A DNA stretch of 29,793 nt from a virus (lineage: Duplodnaviria; Caudoviricetes), in IMG/VR virus record IMGVR_UViG_3300032312_000744, positions 1-29,793 of that record; one strand, written 5' to 3'. The notes under the pieces are model-generated. The model was not told the DNA's origin and ran no database searches. It saw only the letters and a list, made by a program, of their open reading frames with translations. Of this stretch, positions 1 through 8,893 are shown piece after piece; positions within the stretch are counted from its first letter, which is position 1, and each line of letters begins with the position of its first letter. The position numbers and the translations under genes are program-made.

Positions 1-2
1 TT

Positions 3-1088
3 ACATTTGATGCTAACTTCTCTGGTCTTGGTTACCAAGATCTACGCCAGTTGTCATCAACATCAACACTTTACGCAACAATGTTGATGGAAGAACGCAT
101 GATGCTTATGGCTCGCGGAACTGCATCAGGTTACTCTGGCGCACTTTCAGCACCAACAGTTGTTACTGGTTCACCAGCGGCAAGCGGTTCACAAACTGCA
201 CTTGCATCAGGAACCTATTATGTTGCCGTAACTGCTGACGCAGGTATTTCAGGTAACGGTTTTGGTGAGTCAATTGCTTCTGCAATTGGAACTGAAACAG
301 TAGCAACAGGTGATGTTCTAACAGTTATCGTTTCAACACCCGTAGTTGGCGCACTTGGTTACAACATTTATGTTGGAACAACAACAGGTTTGGCTAACTT
401 GAAGTATCAAGGAACTCTAAAGGGAACTGGTACATTCACAATTCAAGGTGCTAACGCAACAGTTACAGGCAACAACGCCGCATTTACAACAACAGGAGCC
501 GCAGCATCTCGCGCAACAGCAGACACATCTGCTTACGCAACAGGTTACGACGGTATCCTCGCAACAGTTCTTGGACCTAACACAGGTTTCAACAACGCAA
601 TCAACTCAACATTCAGCACTTCAAACCCAGGTGGAGAATTCCAGACTGCGTTTGCGGCTATGTACCAGAATGTAAAGGCTGATCCTGACCTTGTTCTACT
701 TAACGGAAACGATCGTAAGCAACTCTCTGATGCAATCAAGAGCGGCTCAAACGCTAACTACCGTTTGGTTATCAACAACCCAGGTGAAGACGGCACAACT
801 TACGGTTCAATCGTAACTGGCCTACAGAATGAAGTAACAGGCAAGGCTGTTGATCTCATGGTTCACCCATGGCTCAACCAGGGCGTTGCTCCAATCCTTT
901 CATTCACACTTCCAATCCCTGACACAGAGGTATCTGATGTATGGGCGAACTTCCTAGTACAGGATTACATGGGCATTCAATGGCCAGTAACACAGTTCTC
1001 TTATGACTTCTCAACATACTTCCGTGGCACATTCTTCTGCTCTGCTCCTGCATGGAACGGCGCAGTTTCAGGAATTGTAAACGCGTAA
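3..1088 (+). CDS. Major capsid protein (5'-truncated by the window edge), with an inserted Ig/FnIII-like beta domain
   Basis: The frame is open from position 3 (TFDANFSGLGYQDLRQLSSTST...), so the real start lies upstream. Strong codon bias, a strong hairpin after the stop and neck genes downstream. The C-terminus (DLMVHPWL...QWPVTQFSYDFSTYFRGTFFCSAPAWNGAVSGI) resembles HK97-fold capsid ends. Confidence 0.8.
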   Translation, partial: TFDANFSGLGYQDLRQLSSTSTLYATMLMEERMMLMARGTASGYSGALSAPTVVTGSPAASGSQTALASGTYYVAVTADAGISGNGFGESIASAIGTETVATGDVLTVIVSTPVVGALGYNIYVGTTTGLANLKYQGTLKGTGTFTIQGANATVTGNNAAFTTTGAAASRATADTSAYATGYDGILATVLGPNTGFNNAINSTFSTSNPGGEFQTAFAAMYQNVKADPDLVLLNGNDRKQLSDAIKSGSNANYRLVINNPGEDGTTYGSIVTGLQNEVTGKAVDLMVHPWLNQGVAPILSFTLPIPDTEVSDVWANFLVQDYMGIQWPVTQFSYDFSTYFRGTFFCSAPAWNGAVSGIVNA

Positions 1089-1097
1089 TTAACAACT

Positions 1098-1145
1098 GAA
1101 TAGAAGGGAGGGTGCGTTTCTCAAGGGCGCACCCTTCCTTTATTC
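1098..1145 (+). terminator. Long hairpin after the capsid gene (intrinsic terminator or attenuator)
   Basis: GAATAGAAGGGAGGGTGCGTTT / GGGCGCACCCTTCCTTTATTC pair over about 20 bp with G-U pairs. Confidence 0.75.
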
Positions 1146-1159
1146 AATAAGGAGGCAGC

Positions 1160-1438
1160 ATGGCTAGATGGGTAGCACCTGATAAAGGTGTCAGAGAAAC
1201 AGTTATTGGCAATTCAACCTACCGCCCCGATCGCAGCGGCATCTACACGGTAGACAACGCCAAGCACGCAAAGTTAATGAAGGCTGAAGGTTATTTTGAA
1301 GCGGCATTAAATCCTTATGACAGTAAAGACGGCGAACGAGGATTTACTTGCGTAGAATGTGGCTTTGGGAGTTGGTTTGCATTGTGTTCACGATGCGGGC
1401 ATAACAATTCCAGTATTCCAACGGATGGGAATTCATAA
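1160..1438 (+). CDS. Hypothetical protein with C-terminal Zn-ribbon
   Basis: RBS AAGGAGG; CVECG...CSRCG motif. Confidence 0.75.
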   Translation: MARWVAPDKGVRETVIGNSTYRPDRSGIYTVDNAKHAKLMKAEGYFEAALNPYDSKDGERGFTCVECGFGSWFALCSRCGHNNSSIPTDGNS

Positions 1439-2326
1439 ATGGCAACGGGCGTAACAACAGACACCTTCTCAGAGCAGTCATATTTGACCGTTCAGGAATA
1501 CAAGAACGCGCCCACCTCGATTGACTATGACAACCTGGTAGTTGGCGGCAACGCAACGGCTCAAGATGCCGAACTCAAGAATGTAATCCTTCGGGCTTCG
1601 TCTTACATGGATGAATACCTGAACCAAAATGTGGTGGCCAACCGAGCCACAGAAACACAGCGAGTCCGCTTAAACAACATGGGCTACATCGCTTTGCATC
1701 CAAATCAAAGCCCGATCATCTCGCTGGAGAGTTTCTACTACGGCGGCTCTCCCACCAACTTAGTGGCGGTACCTGATCCTTCTCAATGCTGGTTTGAAGA
1801 GCAACAGATTCTCATTCCTTTATCGCAGATGGCAACCACTTATTCCTCTGCGGGGCCTTTGGCTTTTGGCCCTGGAATTGGCGGGTCCCAACAGATCTTT
1901 ACTAAGTACACCTATGTGGCTGGCTTTGCCAACACAACCGTTGTATCGGGAACGGCTGGGGCTTCCACGATCGTTGTGGCCGATCCAATTGGAATCATCC
2001 CTGGCGAAATGCTGCGCATCTCAGATGGCGCAAGCAGCGAAACCGTCTATGTGAGTTCGTCTTACACTTATGGAAGCGCAACACTCACTTTGGCCTCTCC
2101 GCTTCTTTTCACACATGCTGCGGGCGCTGCAATTGGCAATATGCCAAACGCAATTAAGCAAGCCTGTATTTTAATCACCACGGCTTTCATCAAGATCCGT
2201 GGCGACAACTCTTTAACCATGAACATCACAACCCAGCCGCAAGGAAGCATCCCTGGAACGGCTCGTTATGGCGGAGAGATTTCCATGGCGTTGAGCATGG
2301 TCGATAAGTACCGCAGGATTAGGTAA
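1439..2326 (+). CDS. Head-to-tail adaptor (gp6/gp15-like) with inserted beta domain
   Basis: Position after capsid. YLTVQEYK...ILRASSYMDEYLNQ at the N-terminus, and YTYVAGF...MPNAIKQACIL...VDKYRR at the C-terminus, are typical of adaptors. Confidence 0.7.
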   Translation: MATGVTTDTFSEQSYLTVQEYKNAPTSIDYDNLVVGGNATAQDAELKNVILRASSYMDEYLNQNVVANRATETQRVRLNNMGYIALHPNQSPIISLESFYYGGSPTNLVAVPDPSQCWFEEQQILIPLSQMATTYSSAGPLAFGPGIGGSQQIFTKYTYVAGFANTTVVSGTAGASTIVVADPIGIIPGEMLRISDGASSETVYVSSSYTYGSATLTLASPLLFTHAAGAAIGNMPNAIKQACILITTAFIKIRGDNSLTMNITTQPQGSIPGTARYGGEISMALSMVDKYRRIR

Positions 2327-2814
2327 TGGCGGGCCGCGTAGGGGTCAGAAACACGCTCGCTGCGTTTATTTCCAACCCGCAAATCACAAACCTGAACCAA
2401 GTCTTTACTTCCTTTCCCAAGCGCATCAACTATCAAATCAATTCACAGCCTGGTCAGTTGACCCGCTCGGCAGTTGTTATTTTCATTGCGGCAGAAACCG
2501 AAACACGCCTGGCGATCGGTGGCGCTCACAACGGCTGGAAGCGCGTGGATTACACATTGATTTTGCAGGTTTATACCCACTCGATGCATCGCAATGCCGA
2601 GGATGTAATGGATGACTTTGATGTGCTAATCGACAACATCAAAGAGCGACTGCGTTCCGACCACAATTTTGGCGACCCAACGGGTAATCTAGTGTGGCAA
2701 GGAGCCGAACCGATCATCAACGCACGCTACGGAGAAGTCTCGACTACCAATGAGGGCGCTTCAGAAGTGTTTGCTGAGATAGAATTCGATGTTACTGAAA
2801 TGATCCAAGCATAA
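2326..2814 (+). CDS. Tail terminator / neck protein
   Basis: Size of 162 aa, position before the tail tube, alternating beta/alpha pattern; TAATG coupling to the previous gene. Confidence 0.55.
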   Translation: MAGRVGVRNTLAAFISNPQITNLNQVFTSFPKRINYQINSQPGQLTRSAVVIFIAAETETRLAIGGAHNGWKRVDYTLILQVYTHSMHRNAEDVMDDFDVLIDNIKERLRSDHNFGDPTGNLVWQGAEPIINARYGEVSTTNEGASEVFAEIEFDVTEMIQA

Positions 2815-2822
2815 GGAGCAAC

Positions 2823-3026
2823 ATGAAACTGAAATACAACGGAACAGATGAACGAGTGTTCCCATCGCTGGGGATCACAGTAAAACCAGGTGACGAGTTT
2901 GACGCACCCGAAGGCTTTACTCATCCTGATTGCTTAGCACCAGGAGCAGCGAAGCCAGCAGCAATTCCAACACCAGCCCCAACCAAGTCTGCCGCGTCAG
3001 ACAACGACTCTAAGGAGAGTGAATAA
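2823..3026 (+). CDS. Small virion-module hypothetical protein with Pro/Ala-rich tail
   Basis: RBS AAGGAG; coupled to the tail tube gene. Confidence 0.65.
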   Translation: MKLKYNGTDERVFPSLGITVKPGDEFDAPEGFTHPDCLAPGAAKPAAIPTPAPTKSAASDNDSKESE

Positions 3027-4012
3027 TGTCAGTACAGCAATCCGTACGCTCGTACCTGGGTATCGCTAAAGAAGTGACCAAGGGTACGATCGTTGCACCT
3101 ACAGATTTTATCCCAGTAGCAAAAGACAACATTAAGCCTGTTGATGTGGTAGATCCGCTCTACGACACAGGCCTTCGTGGGTCAAATGTTGTGAACTACG
3201 CTTATCTACAGGGCCGCACACGCTCGACTTTTGACTTTGGCGGCGCAGTATTTGCCGACACAGTTGGATACGCTCTTGCTGGGCTTCTTGGAAGCGTGGC
3301 AACAACAGGTGTAAGCGCACCTTTCACACACACAATTTCTCTAAAGAACAGCCTCACATCAGGTGCAGACGATCAGCCAATCTCATACACATTGACTGAC
3401 TTCTACGCAGCAGATGTTCGTTCTTATCCAGGCTGCCAGTTCTCAGACTTCTCATTGAAGTTCAACGCTGACGGAATGCTTGAGTATGACACAAAGACAA
3501 CAGGCTGGGCATCAAGCGCAGTCGCCGATCCAACTCCAACATTCAGCACCCTTCTACCAACTGTGGTATGGCGCGGTGCTGTTTCTATCGGCGGCGCTAC
3601 AGTTTCTGACGCTATGAGTGGCAACATCGACATGGCTCGATCAGTCACACCTGTTTATGGCATCAGCAACATTCAGAACCCTTACCAGGTTTTCTTGGGG
3701 CCTTTGGAAGTAACAGGCAAGATCACCTTCATCATGGAGGATGACACAGAACTAACTCGTTACCTTAATAACACTCAACCAGCAATCGTTCTCAACTGGG
3801 CCTATGGCACAGGCGCGGGTGCGGTTCAAATCCAAGCCACAATCTCTAAGGGCGCTTACACAGCCGCTGTTATTGAACGCGGCGAGGACTTTGTACAAGT
3901 CTCAATTGATCTAAACGGCCAGGCAAACACAACTGACGCTGGATCAACAGGCGGCTTCTCACCAATCAAGTGGGTTCTACAGAACGCGAAAGCATCAGGA
4001 ACCTACGCTTAA
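3026..4012 (+). CDS. Major tail (tube) protein
   Basis: SYLGIAKEVTKGT N-terminus, 328 aa, high-expression codon bias, followed by chaperone and tape measure genes. Confidence 0.85.
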   Translation: MSVQQSVRSYLGIAKEVTKGTIVAPTDFIPVAKDNIKPVDVVDPLYDTGLRGSNVVNYAYLQGRTRSTFDFGGAVFADTVGYALAGLLGSVATTGVSAPFTHTISLKNSLTSGADDQPISYTLTDFYAADVRSYPGCQFSDFSLKFNADGMLEYDTKTTGWASSAVADPTPTFSTLLPTVVWRGAVSIGGATVSDAMSGNIDMARSVTPVYGISNIQNPYQVFLGPLEVTGKITFIMEDDTELTRYLNNTQPAIVLNWAYGTGAGAVQIQATISKGAYTAAVIERGEDFVQVSIDLNGQANTTDAGSTGGFSPIKWVLQNAKASGTYA

Positions 4013-4018
4013 GTCCAA

Positions 4019-4099
4019 GAGCAGGTGGGATCGGTTGATGGCGACCGCCTTCCCGCCATCCCACCCACCTGCTCCCTTTAGGTTATGATTTAGGAAGGC
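4019..4099 (+). promoter_or_regulatory. Structured intergenic RNA (two-stem hairpin, possible pseudoknot or terminator)
   Basis: GAGCAGGTGGG (4019-4029) pairs with CCCACCTGCTC (4064-4074). GATGGCG (4037-4043) pairs with CGCCATC (4054-4060). Loop GCCTTCC is complementary to GGAAGGC (4093-4099). Confidence 0.6.
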
Positions 4100-4118
4100 A
4101 AACAATTAGGAGGCAAAA

Positions 4119-4472
4119 ATGTCAGAAAAGATAACACTACCTTCAGGCGCAACTGTGACTTTGAAGGACCCTAAATCTTTACGCGTCAAAGATCGCAAGC
4201 GCGTGTTGAAAACAGCAGATGTTGAAGGCGGAGATTTAACTCGAGCCTTAGCACTAGGCGATGCGTTGATTGCGATGTTGATTGAGGATTGGTCGCTTGA
4301 CCTCTTGATCCCCGCACTTAAGATCGACAACCTCGATGAATTAGAAATGAAAGATTACGATGCTTTGGTTGACGCTACAAAGGATGCGCAGAAGTTTCTG
4401 TTCCCTTCTTTGGGCGATACAACCGAGAATGAGCAAGACCCAAAAGCGGGTACCGACAACTCGAACGCTTAA
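4119..4472 (+). CDS. Tail assembly chaperone (gpG-like)
   Basis: RBS AGGAGG; follows the tail tube; ends just after the slippery site C CCA AAA. Confidence 0.85.
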   Translation: MSEKITLPSGATVTLKDPKSLRVKDRKRVLKTADVEGGDLTRALALGDALIAMLIEDWSLDLLIPALKIDNLDELEMKDYDALVDATKDAQKFLFPSLGDTTENEQDPKAGTDNSNA

Positions 4473-4663
4473 GGTGGTGGCTTGAGGGTGGCGAGCGCCG
4501 ACCTGATTTAGATTACCCCGATGAGGAGTGGTACTACTTTCAGTTCGCCGATCGCTTTGGATGGACACCCGCGCAAGTGGATGATCTACCCGCAGGGACC
4601 GCTGATTGGTTGTTGGGAATAGCAGCAACTGTGACTAAGATGCAAAGCGAGGTGCGTGATTGA
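4439..4663 (+). CDS. gpT-like extension of the tail assembly chaperone reached by programmed -1 frameshift (gpGT = 4119..4663)
   Basis: The X XXY YYZ site CCCAAAA at 4439-4445 is in the chaperone frame. The -1 frame reads PKSGYRQLERLRWWLEGG...FADRFGWTPAQVDDLPAGTADWLLGIAATVTKMQSEVRD*, with no start codon of its own near the 5' end. Absent from the ORF track. Confidence 0.85.
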   Translation, partial: PKSGYRQLERLRWWLEGGERRPDLDYPDEEWYYFQFADRFGWTPAQVDDLPAGTADWLLGIAATVTKMQSEVRD

Positions 4664-5094
4664 CATTTGAATTCACAAACCTGCCTAAAGTCTTAGCCGC
4701 TCTTGGCAAAACAGAAGTCGATGTAAACAACGCTGCACGCTTTGCGATCGGTATGGCGGCGGCCGAAGTTGAACGGCAAGCCAAAAAGAACGCAAACACA
4801 GGAACCCACCCACGAGGCCAAGGCCACATTCCAGGTACAGGTCCTGGTCCCAATGTTATGACTGGTAACTTGCGCCGATCCATTTACGCGCAAACCAAGA
4901 TCGGCTTTGGCAATTCGTATGTGGCAGAAGTTGGCGCTTCCATGGTTTATGCACGCGCTGTTGAAATGGGCCTTCCAGAATGGAAATCAGGAGTAAAATA
5001 TCCGTATCTTGTACCTGCCGCTGAAAGTCTGAAACAATCAGGCAAACTCAGTAGGACATTTATTGGCGCGTTTTCATCGTATTTGAGGAGTTAA
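4660..5094 (+). CDS. HK97 gp10-like tail completion/neck protein
   Basis: P..TGNLRRSI, YARAVEMG and YPYLVPA motifs; TTG start overlapping the gpGT stop. Confidence 0.8.
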   Translation: MTFEFTNLPKVLAALGKTEVDVNNAARFAIGMAAAEVERQAKKNANTGTHPRGQGHIPGTGPGPNVMTGNLRRSIYAQTKIGFGNSYVAEVGASMVYARAVEMGLPEWKSGVKYPYLVPAAESLKQSGKLSRTFIGAFSSYLRS

Positions 5095-5097
5095 TAG

Positions 5098-8022
5098 ATG
5101 GCATCAACAATCCCGCCAATCCTCATTCAGATACAAGCAGATGTTTCTCAGTTAAAAGCGGGTCTTGCCCAGGCACAGAACGCGATCAAAGGCGTAGATG
5201 ACAATGTAAAAAAAGCCAGCACAGGCATGAGCAACTTTGTGGGCAACCTGAAAAAGGTTGGTGCCGCACTCGGTACTACTTTTGCCGCGACTCAAGTTGC
5301 CGCGTTTGCCAAAGAGTCGATCATGGCTGCCAGCAACATGCAAGAGTCTTTATCAAAGGTGCGAGTTGTATTTGGCGAAGGCGCTGCGGAGGTTGAAGCG
5401 TTTGGTAAGAGTGCTGCGGCGAACTTAGGTATTTCTAACCAGGCTGCTTTAGAAGCGGCTGGAACTTACGGTAACTTATTCCAGGCGTTTGGTTTAGGCC
5501 AAGGCGAATCGCAAAAGATGTCCACCAGCCTTGTTCAGTTGGCCGCAGACATGGCTTCGTTTAACAACACATCCATCGATCAAGCCATCACCGCTTTACG
5601 CTCAGGTCTTTCAGGTGAAACAGAACCTCTCAAGCGGTTCGGCGTTGCCCTTTCAGAAGTTCGTCTGAAAGAGGAAGCCCTGCGCATGGGTCTGATTAAA
5701 ACAACAAGTGGAACTTTGCCTGTTGCTATCAAGTCCCAGGCCGCTTACTCATTGATCTTAAAAGACACGGCGCTTGCGCAAGGCGACTACGCTCGCACCG
5801 CTGACGGAACCGCCAACACAATGAAAACGCTGCAAGCCAAAATGGAGGATGCGAAGGTTGCCCTTGGCGATGCTTTGATGCCAGCCTTTAAAGGATTGCT
5901 AAAAATATTAGATTTGCTTATACCTGTCCTTACAAAAATTGGTGAATTCTTTAAAAATAACCAAACGGAAGTTAAGGCTTTTGCTATCACGGTTGGCGTT
6001 CTTTCTGCTGCTTACGGTGTTTACACTTTGGTCGTAAAGCGAGCGGCTATCCAACAGGCAATCTTGAATGGCATCATGGCAATCAATCCATTTGTAGCAA
6101 TTGCTATTGGTATTGGATTAGCAGTTGCAGCCCTTGTTAAGTTGTGGAATACCAGCGAAGGATTTAGAAAAGCGGTTATTCAAGTTGGAAAAGTTGCTCT
6201 AAATGCTTTTGCCGCAATAGTTCCTATGGTTGGTCAGGTCTTTGAAGTGATCATGAAGGTGGTCACGGGACCATTGCGTTCTTTGCTATTAGTTCTTTCT
6301 AAACTTCCAGGCGTTGGCAAATACGCCAAGGCTGGCCTGGACATTATGAATAAAGGTCTAGATGGCATTAGCGATTTTGCTAACGCGGCATCAAAGAAAG
6401 CAAAGGATCTCTCTGCTGGTTTAGACAAGATGGGTGCTGCGGCAGATAAGAATGCGCAAAAGGTAGAAAAGGCAACCAAAGGTGGAAAAGGTAAGCCAGG
6501 CGTTGTTGATCCTAAGGTTGAAGCGGCAGCAAAAGAAGCAGCAGACAAAGCCAAAGAACGCGCCGAAAAGATGCTTGAGATTGAGACGGCTTTCATTGAG
6601 AAATCAATTGAGGCGCATGAAAAATATCAAGAAAAGGTTGCTGACCTACACGCAGCCTATGGAGAAGCGATCTCCCAGGCCGAGGAAGCCGACCGCGAGC
6701 GCCGAGCCGATGCGCAGAAAACTTATGATGCGGCTGTGGCTGATGCCCAAAAGGTCCACACCCAGGCCATGGTGGACATCGCAAAAGATTATGCAAAGAA
6801 AACAGCAGACATTGAAGCAACCCTTCAAAGAAAACTTATAGATTTAAAACAAGCGGCGGCTGCAAAGTCCGCTGATTTGCGAGTAAAGGCTGCTGAAAAA
6901 GAAGAGTCAATCATCAAGCAGTCTGTTGATCGCTTGCGCAGCGCCTTTGCCTCAGGCACAGGTTTCAGTTTGACCGATGCCTTCAAGGGTAAGACTTCGG
7001 GTGGACTTCTAGAGCAAATGAAAAAGCAATTAGACGATGCCAAGAAGTTACAAGAGGCTGCGGGTTATCTTGCGGGTCAAGGCTACGCACAAACCTTTAT
7101 TGAACAAGTTGTAAAAGCAGGTCCTGAAGTTGGCCTCAAGATGGTTGATGAACTTAAAAAGGCATCCCCTGAACAACAGGCTGAAATTCAAAACACCTTT
7201 ATGGATCTTGAGAGCATCCAAGAAACAGGCCTGGACACTTTGGCTAAATCAATGAACAACGGAGCAAACTTAGCCACAGCAGAATTGCGCCAGGCTTACG
7301 ATCAGGTGGCAATTGATCTTAAGAACTCCTTGGCAGAAGTTGATCGTGAGTTAATGACTTCCCTGGCCGAAGCCAACGCCGAGTATGCACGCGCCATGAG
7401 CGAAGCAAAGGTTGAACGCGATGCTCGTATGCTTGAAGCGGCCACACAATTACAAACCGCAATTGCAGAAGCCAAAGCACGCCTTGAGGCTTCTCTTGCC
7501 GAATCTGCTGCAATATTACAGAAAGCCCGCGAGGAAGCGCAAAAGAAACTTAATGAGGGCTTAGCCGAAGCGCAAAAGGTTCTACAGAAATCTTTATTAG
7601 AAGCGCAAGTGGCCTACCAAAAGGCCATTGATGAGATTGCCTACACAACTGCACAGAAGTTGACCGCACTTAAAGAACAACTTGCTTCTGTGGCTGCGGC
7701 CACCGCCGCGCTGCAATCAGCGCAATCCGCCTACGCTGCAACGGCTGCTGCTTCAACAACAACGGCAACAGGAACAAAGGGTTCAACTACAACAACTGCA
7801 ACAGGCACAAAAGGAACAACTACAAACACTAACATCACGCAAAACTTCACCACAACCAAAGTTGATCCAGCCGATGTTCATCTTGCTACTGTAAGCGCTG
7901 TGAAATATGGAGCCGCGGTCACGGTTAACACAACAACTCTTGCTGGTATTGCGAAGGCTAGTTCAACTGCGACTAGTGGGCCAACCGCATTTTCTTTAAT
8001 GTCAGGGTTAAGGGATAGATAA
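5098..8022 (+). CDS. Tape measure protein
   Basis: 974 aa, Ala/Lys/Glu helical. LAADMASFNN...ALRSGLSGETEPLKRFGV motif; central hydrophobic segments. Confidence 0.92.
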   Translation: MASTIPPILIQIQADVSQLKAGLAQAQNAIKGVDDNVKKASTGMSNFVGNLKKVGAALGTTFAATQVAAFAKESIMAASNMQESLSKVRVVFGEGAAEVEAFGKSAAANLGISNQAALEAAGTYGNLFQAFGLGQGESQKMSTSLVQLAADMASFNNTSIDQAITALRSGLSGETEPLKRFGVALSEVRLKEEALRMGLIKTTSGTLPVAIKSQAAYSLILKDTALAQGDYARTADGTANTMKTLQAKMEDAKVALGDALMPAFKGLLKILDLLIPVLTKIGEFFKNNQTEVKAFAITVGVLSAAYGVYTLVVKRAAIQQAILNGIMAINPFVAIAIGIGLAVAALVKLWNTSEGFRKAVIQVGKVALNAFAAIVPMVGQVFEVIMKVVTGPLRSLLLVLSKLPGVGKYAKAGLDIMNKGLDGISDFANAASKKAKDLSAGLDKMGAAADKNAQKVEKATKGGKGKPGVVDPKVEAAAKEAADKAKERAEKMLEIETAFIEKSIEAHEKYQEKVADLHAAYGEAISQAEEADRERRADAQKTYDAAVADAQKVHTQAMVDIAKDYAKKTADIEATLQRKLIDLKQAAAAKSADLRVKAAEKEESIIKQSVDRLRSAFASGTGFSLTDAFKGKTSGGLLEQMKKQLDDAKKLQEAAGYLAGQGYAQTFIEQVVKAGPEVGLKMVDELKKASPEQQAEIQNTFMDLESIQETGLDTLAKSMNNGANLATAELRQAYDQVAIDLKNSLAEVDRELMTSLAEANAEYARAMSEAKVERDARMLEAATQLQTAIAEAKARLEASLAESAAILQKAREEAQKKLNEGLAEAQKVLQKSLLEAQVAYQKAIDEIAYTTAQKLTALKEQLASVAAATAALQSAQSAYAATAAASTTTATGTKGSTTTTATGTKGTTTNTNITQNFTTTKVDPADVHLATVSAVKYGAAVTVNTTTLAGIAKASSTATSGPTAFSLMSGLRDR

Positions 8023-8885
8023 TGCCAGCCGTAATTGCCAATTATTCGTTCTCATTTAACAATCAAGTCTTTGGCGGAACTGGATCGCCATACCAAATCT
8101 TAAGTGTTGATGGCTTGGAAGGTTTGCCAGGCATCCGCTCCCAAGATGACAACCGAGGCTATGCAGACGGTATGTTCTCGGGCCGCGACTTCCTTGGCGG
8201 CCGTATGATCACCATGTTGGTTCAGGTTCTTGGTAATGGGACTGGATCGGCTCAGGCTAATTTCAACACCCTTCAGTTGGCCCTTTTACCCCAGGCAAGC
8301 GGCACTACGCCCCTTTACTTTATCTTGTCGAATGCCGCTGGGGAACAGGTCATAAACGCCCGCGTACGAGGCTTGAGCGCCTCTGTAGACCCCAACTACA
8401 CCTACGGATACATCGTGGCACAAGTTAGTTTCTTTTGCCCTGATCCTCGTTATTACGACTCCAACATTCAGACCGCAACTTTAAATTACACCCCACCAGG
8501 TGGCCGCACATACAACCGTGTGTACAATCTTGTCTACGGTGGTGGATCGGTATTAATTACAACCAACATTGAAAACAACGGGTGGACTTCTACCTATCCG
8601 ACCATCGTGCTAAATGGCCCAATCATCAACCCAATCCTGGGCAACCAAACCGAAAACTTGGCTTTAAACTTCACTTGTTCGCTAACCAACACGGACTTCC
8701 TGACCGTGGATTTATACAATAAACTAATAACTTTGAACGGAAACCCCGCTCGAAACTTGCTGGCTACGGGTCAATGGTTCTCTGCACAACCAGGTACTAA
8801 CTTGTTCTACCTAACAGGCAACGCAGGTAGTACAGTTGTGGGTGTGACAGGTGCAACTGTGACTTGGCAATCGGCTTACATTTAG
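8022..8885 (+). CDS. Distal tail protein (Dit)
   Basis: Directly follows the tape measure gene; FFCPDPRYY and PGTN motifs. Confidence 0.8.
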   Translation: MPAVIANYSFSFNNQVFGGTGSPYQILSVDGLEGLPGIRSQDDNRGYADGMFSGRDFLGGRMITMLVQVLGNGTGSAQANFNTLQLALLPQASGTTPLYFILSNAAGEQVINARVRGLSASVDPNYTYGYIVAQVSFFCPDPRYYDSNIQTATLNYTPPGGRTYNRVYNLVYGGGSVLITTNIENNGWTSTYPTIVLNGPIINPILGNQTENLALNFTCSLTNTDFLTVDLYNKLITLNGNPARNLLATGQWFSAQPGTNLFYLTGNAGSTVVGVTGATVTWQSAYI

Positions 8886-8893
8886 GAGAATAA

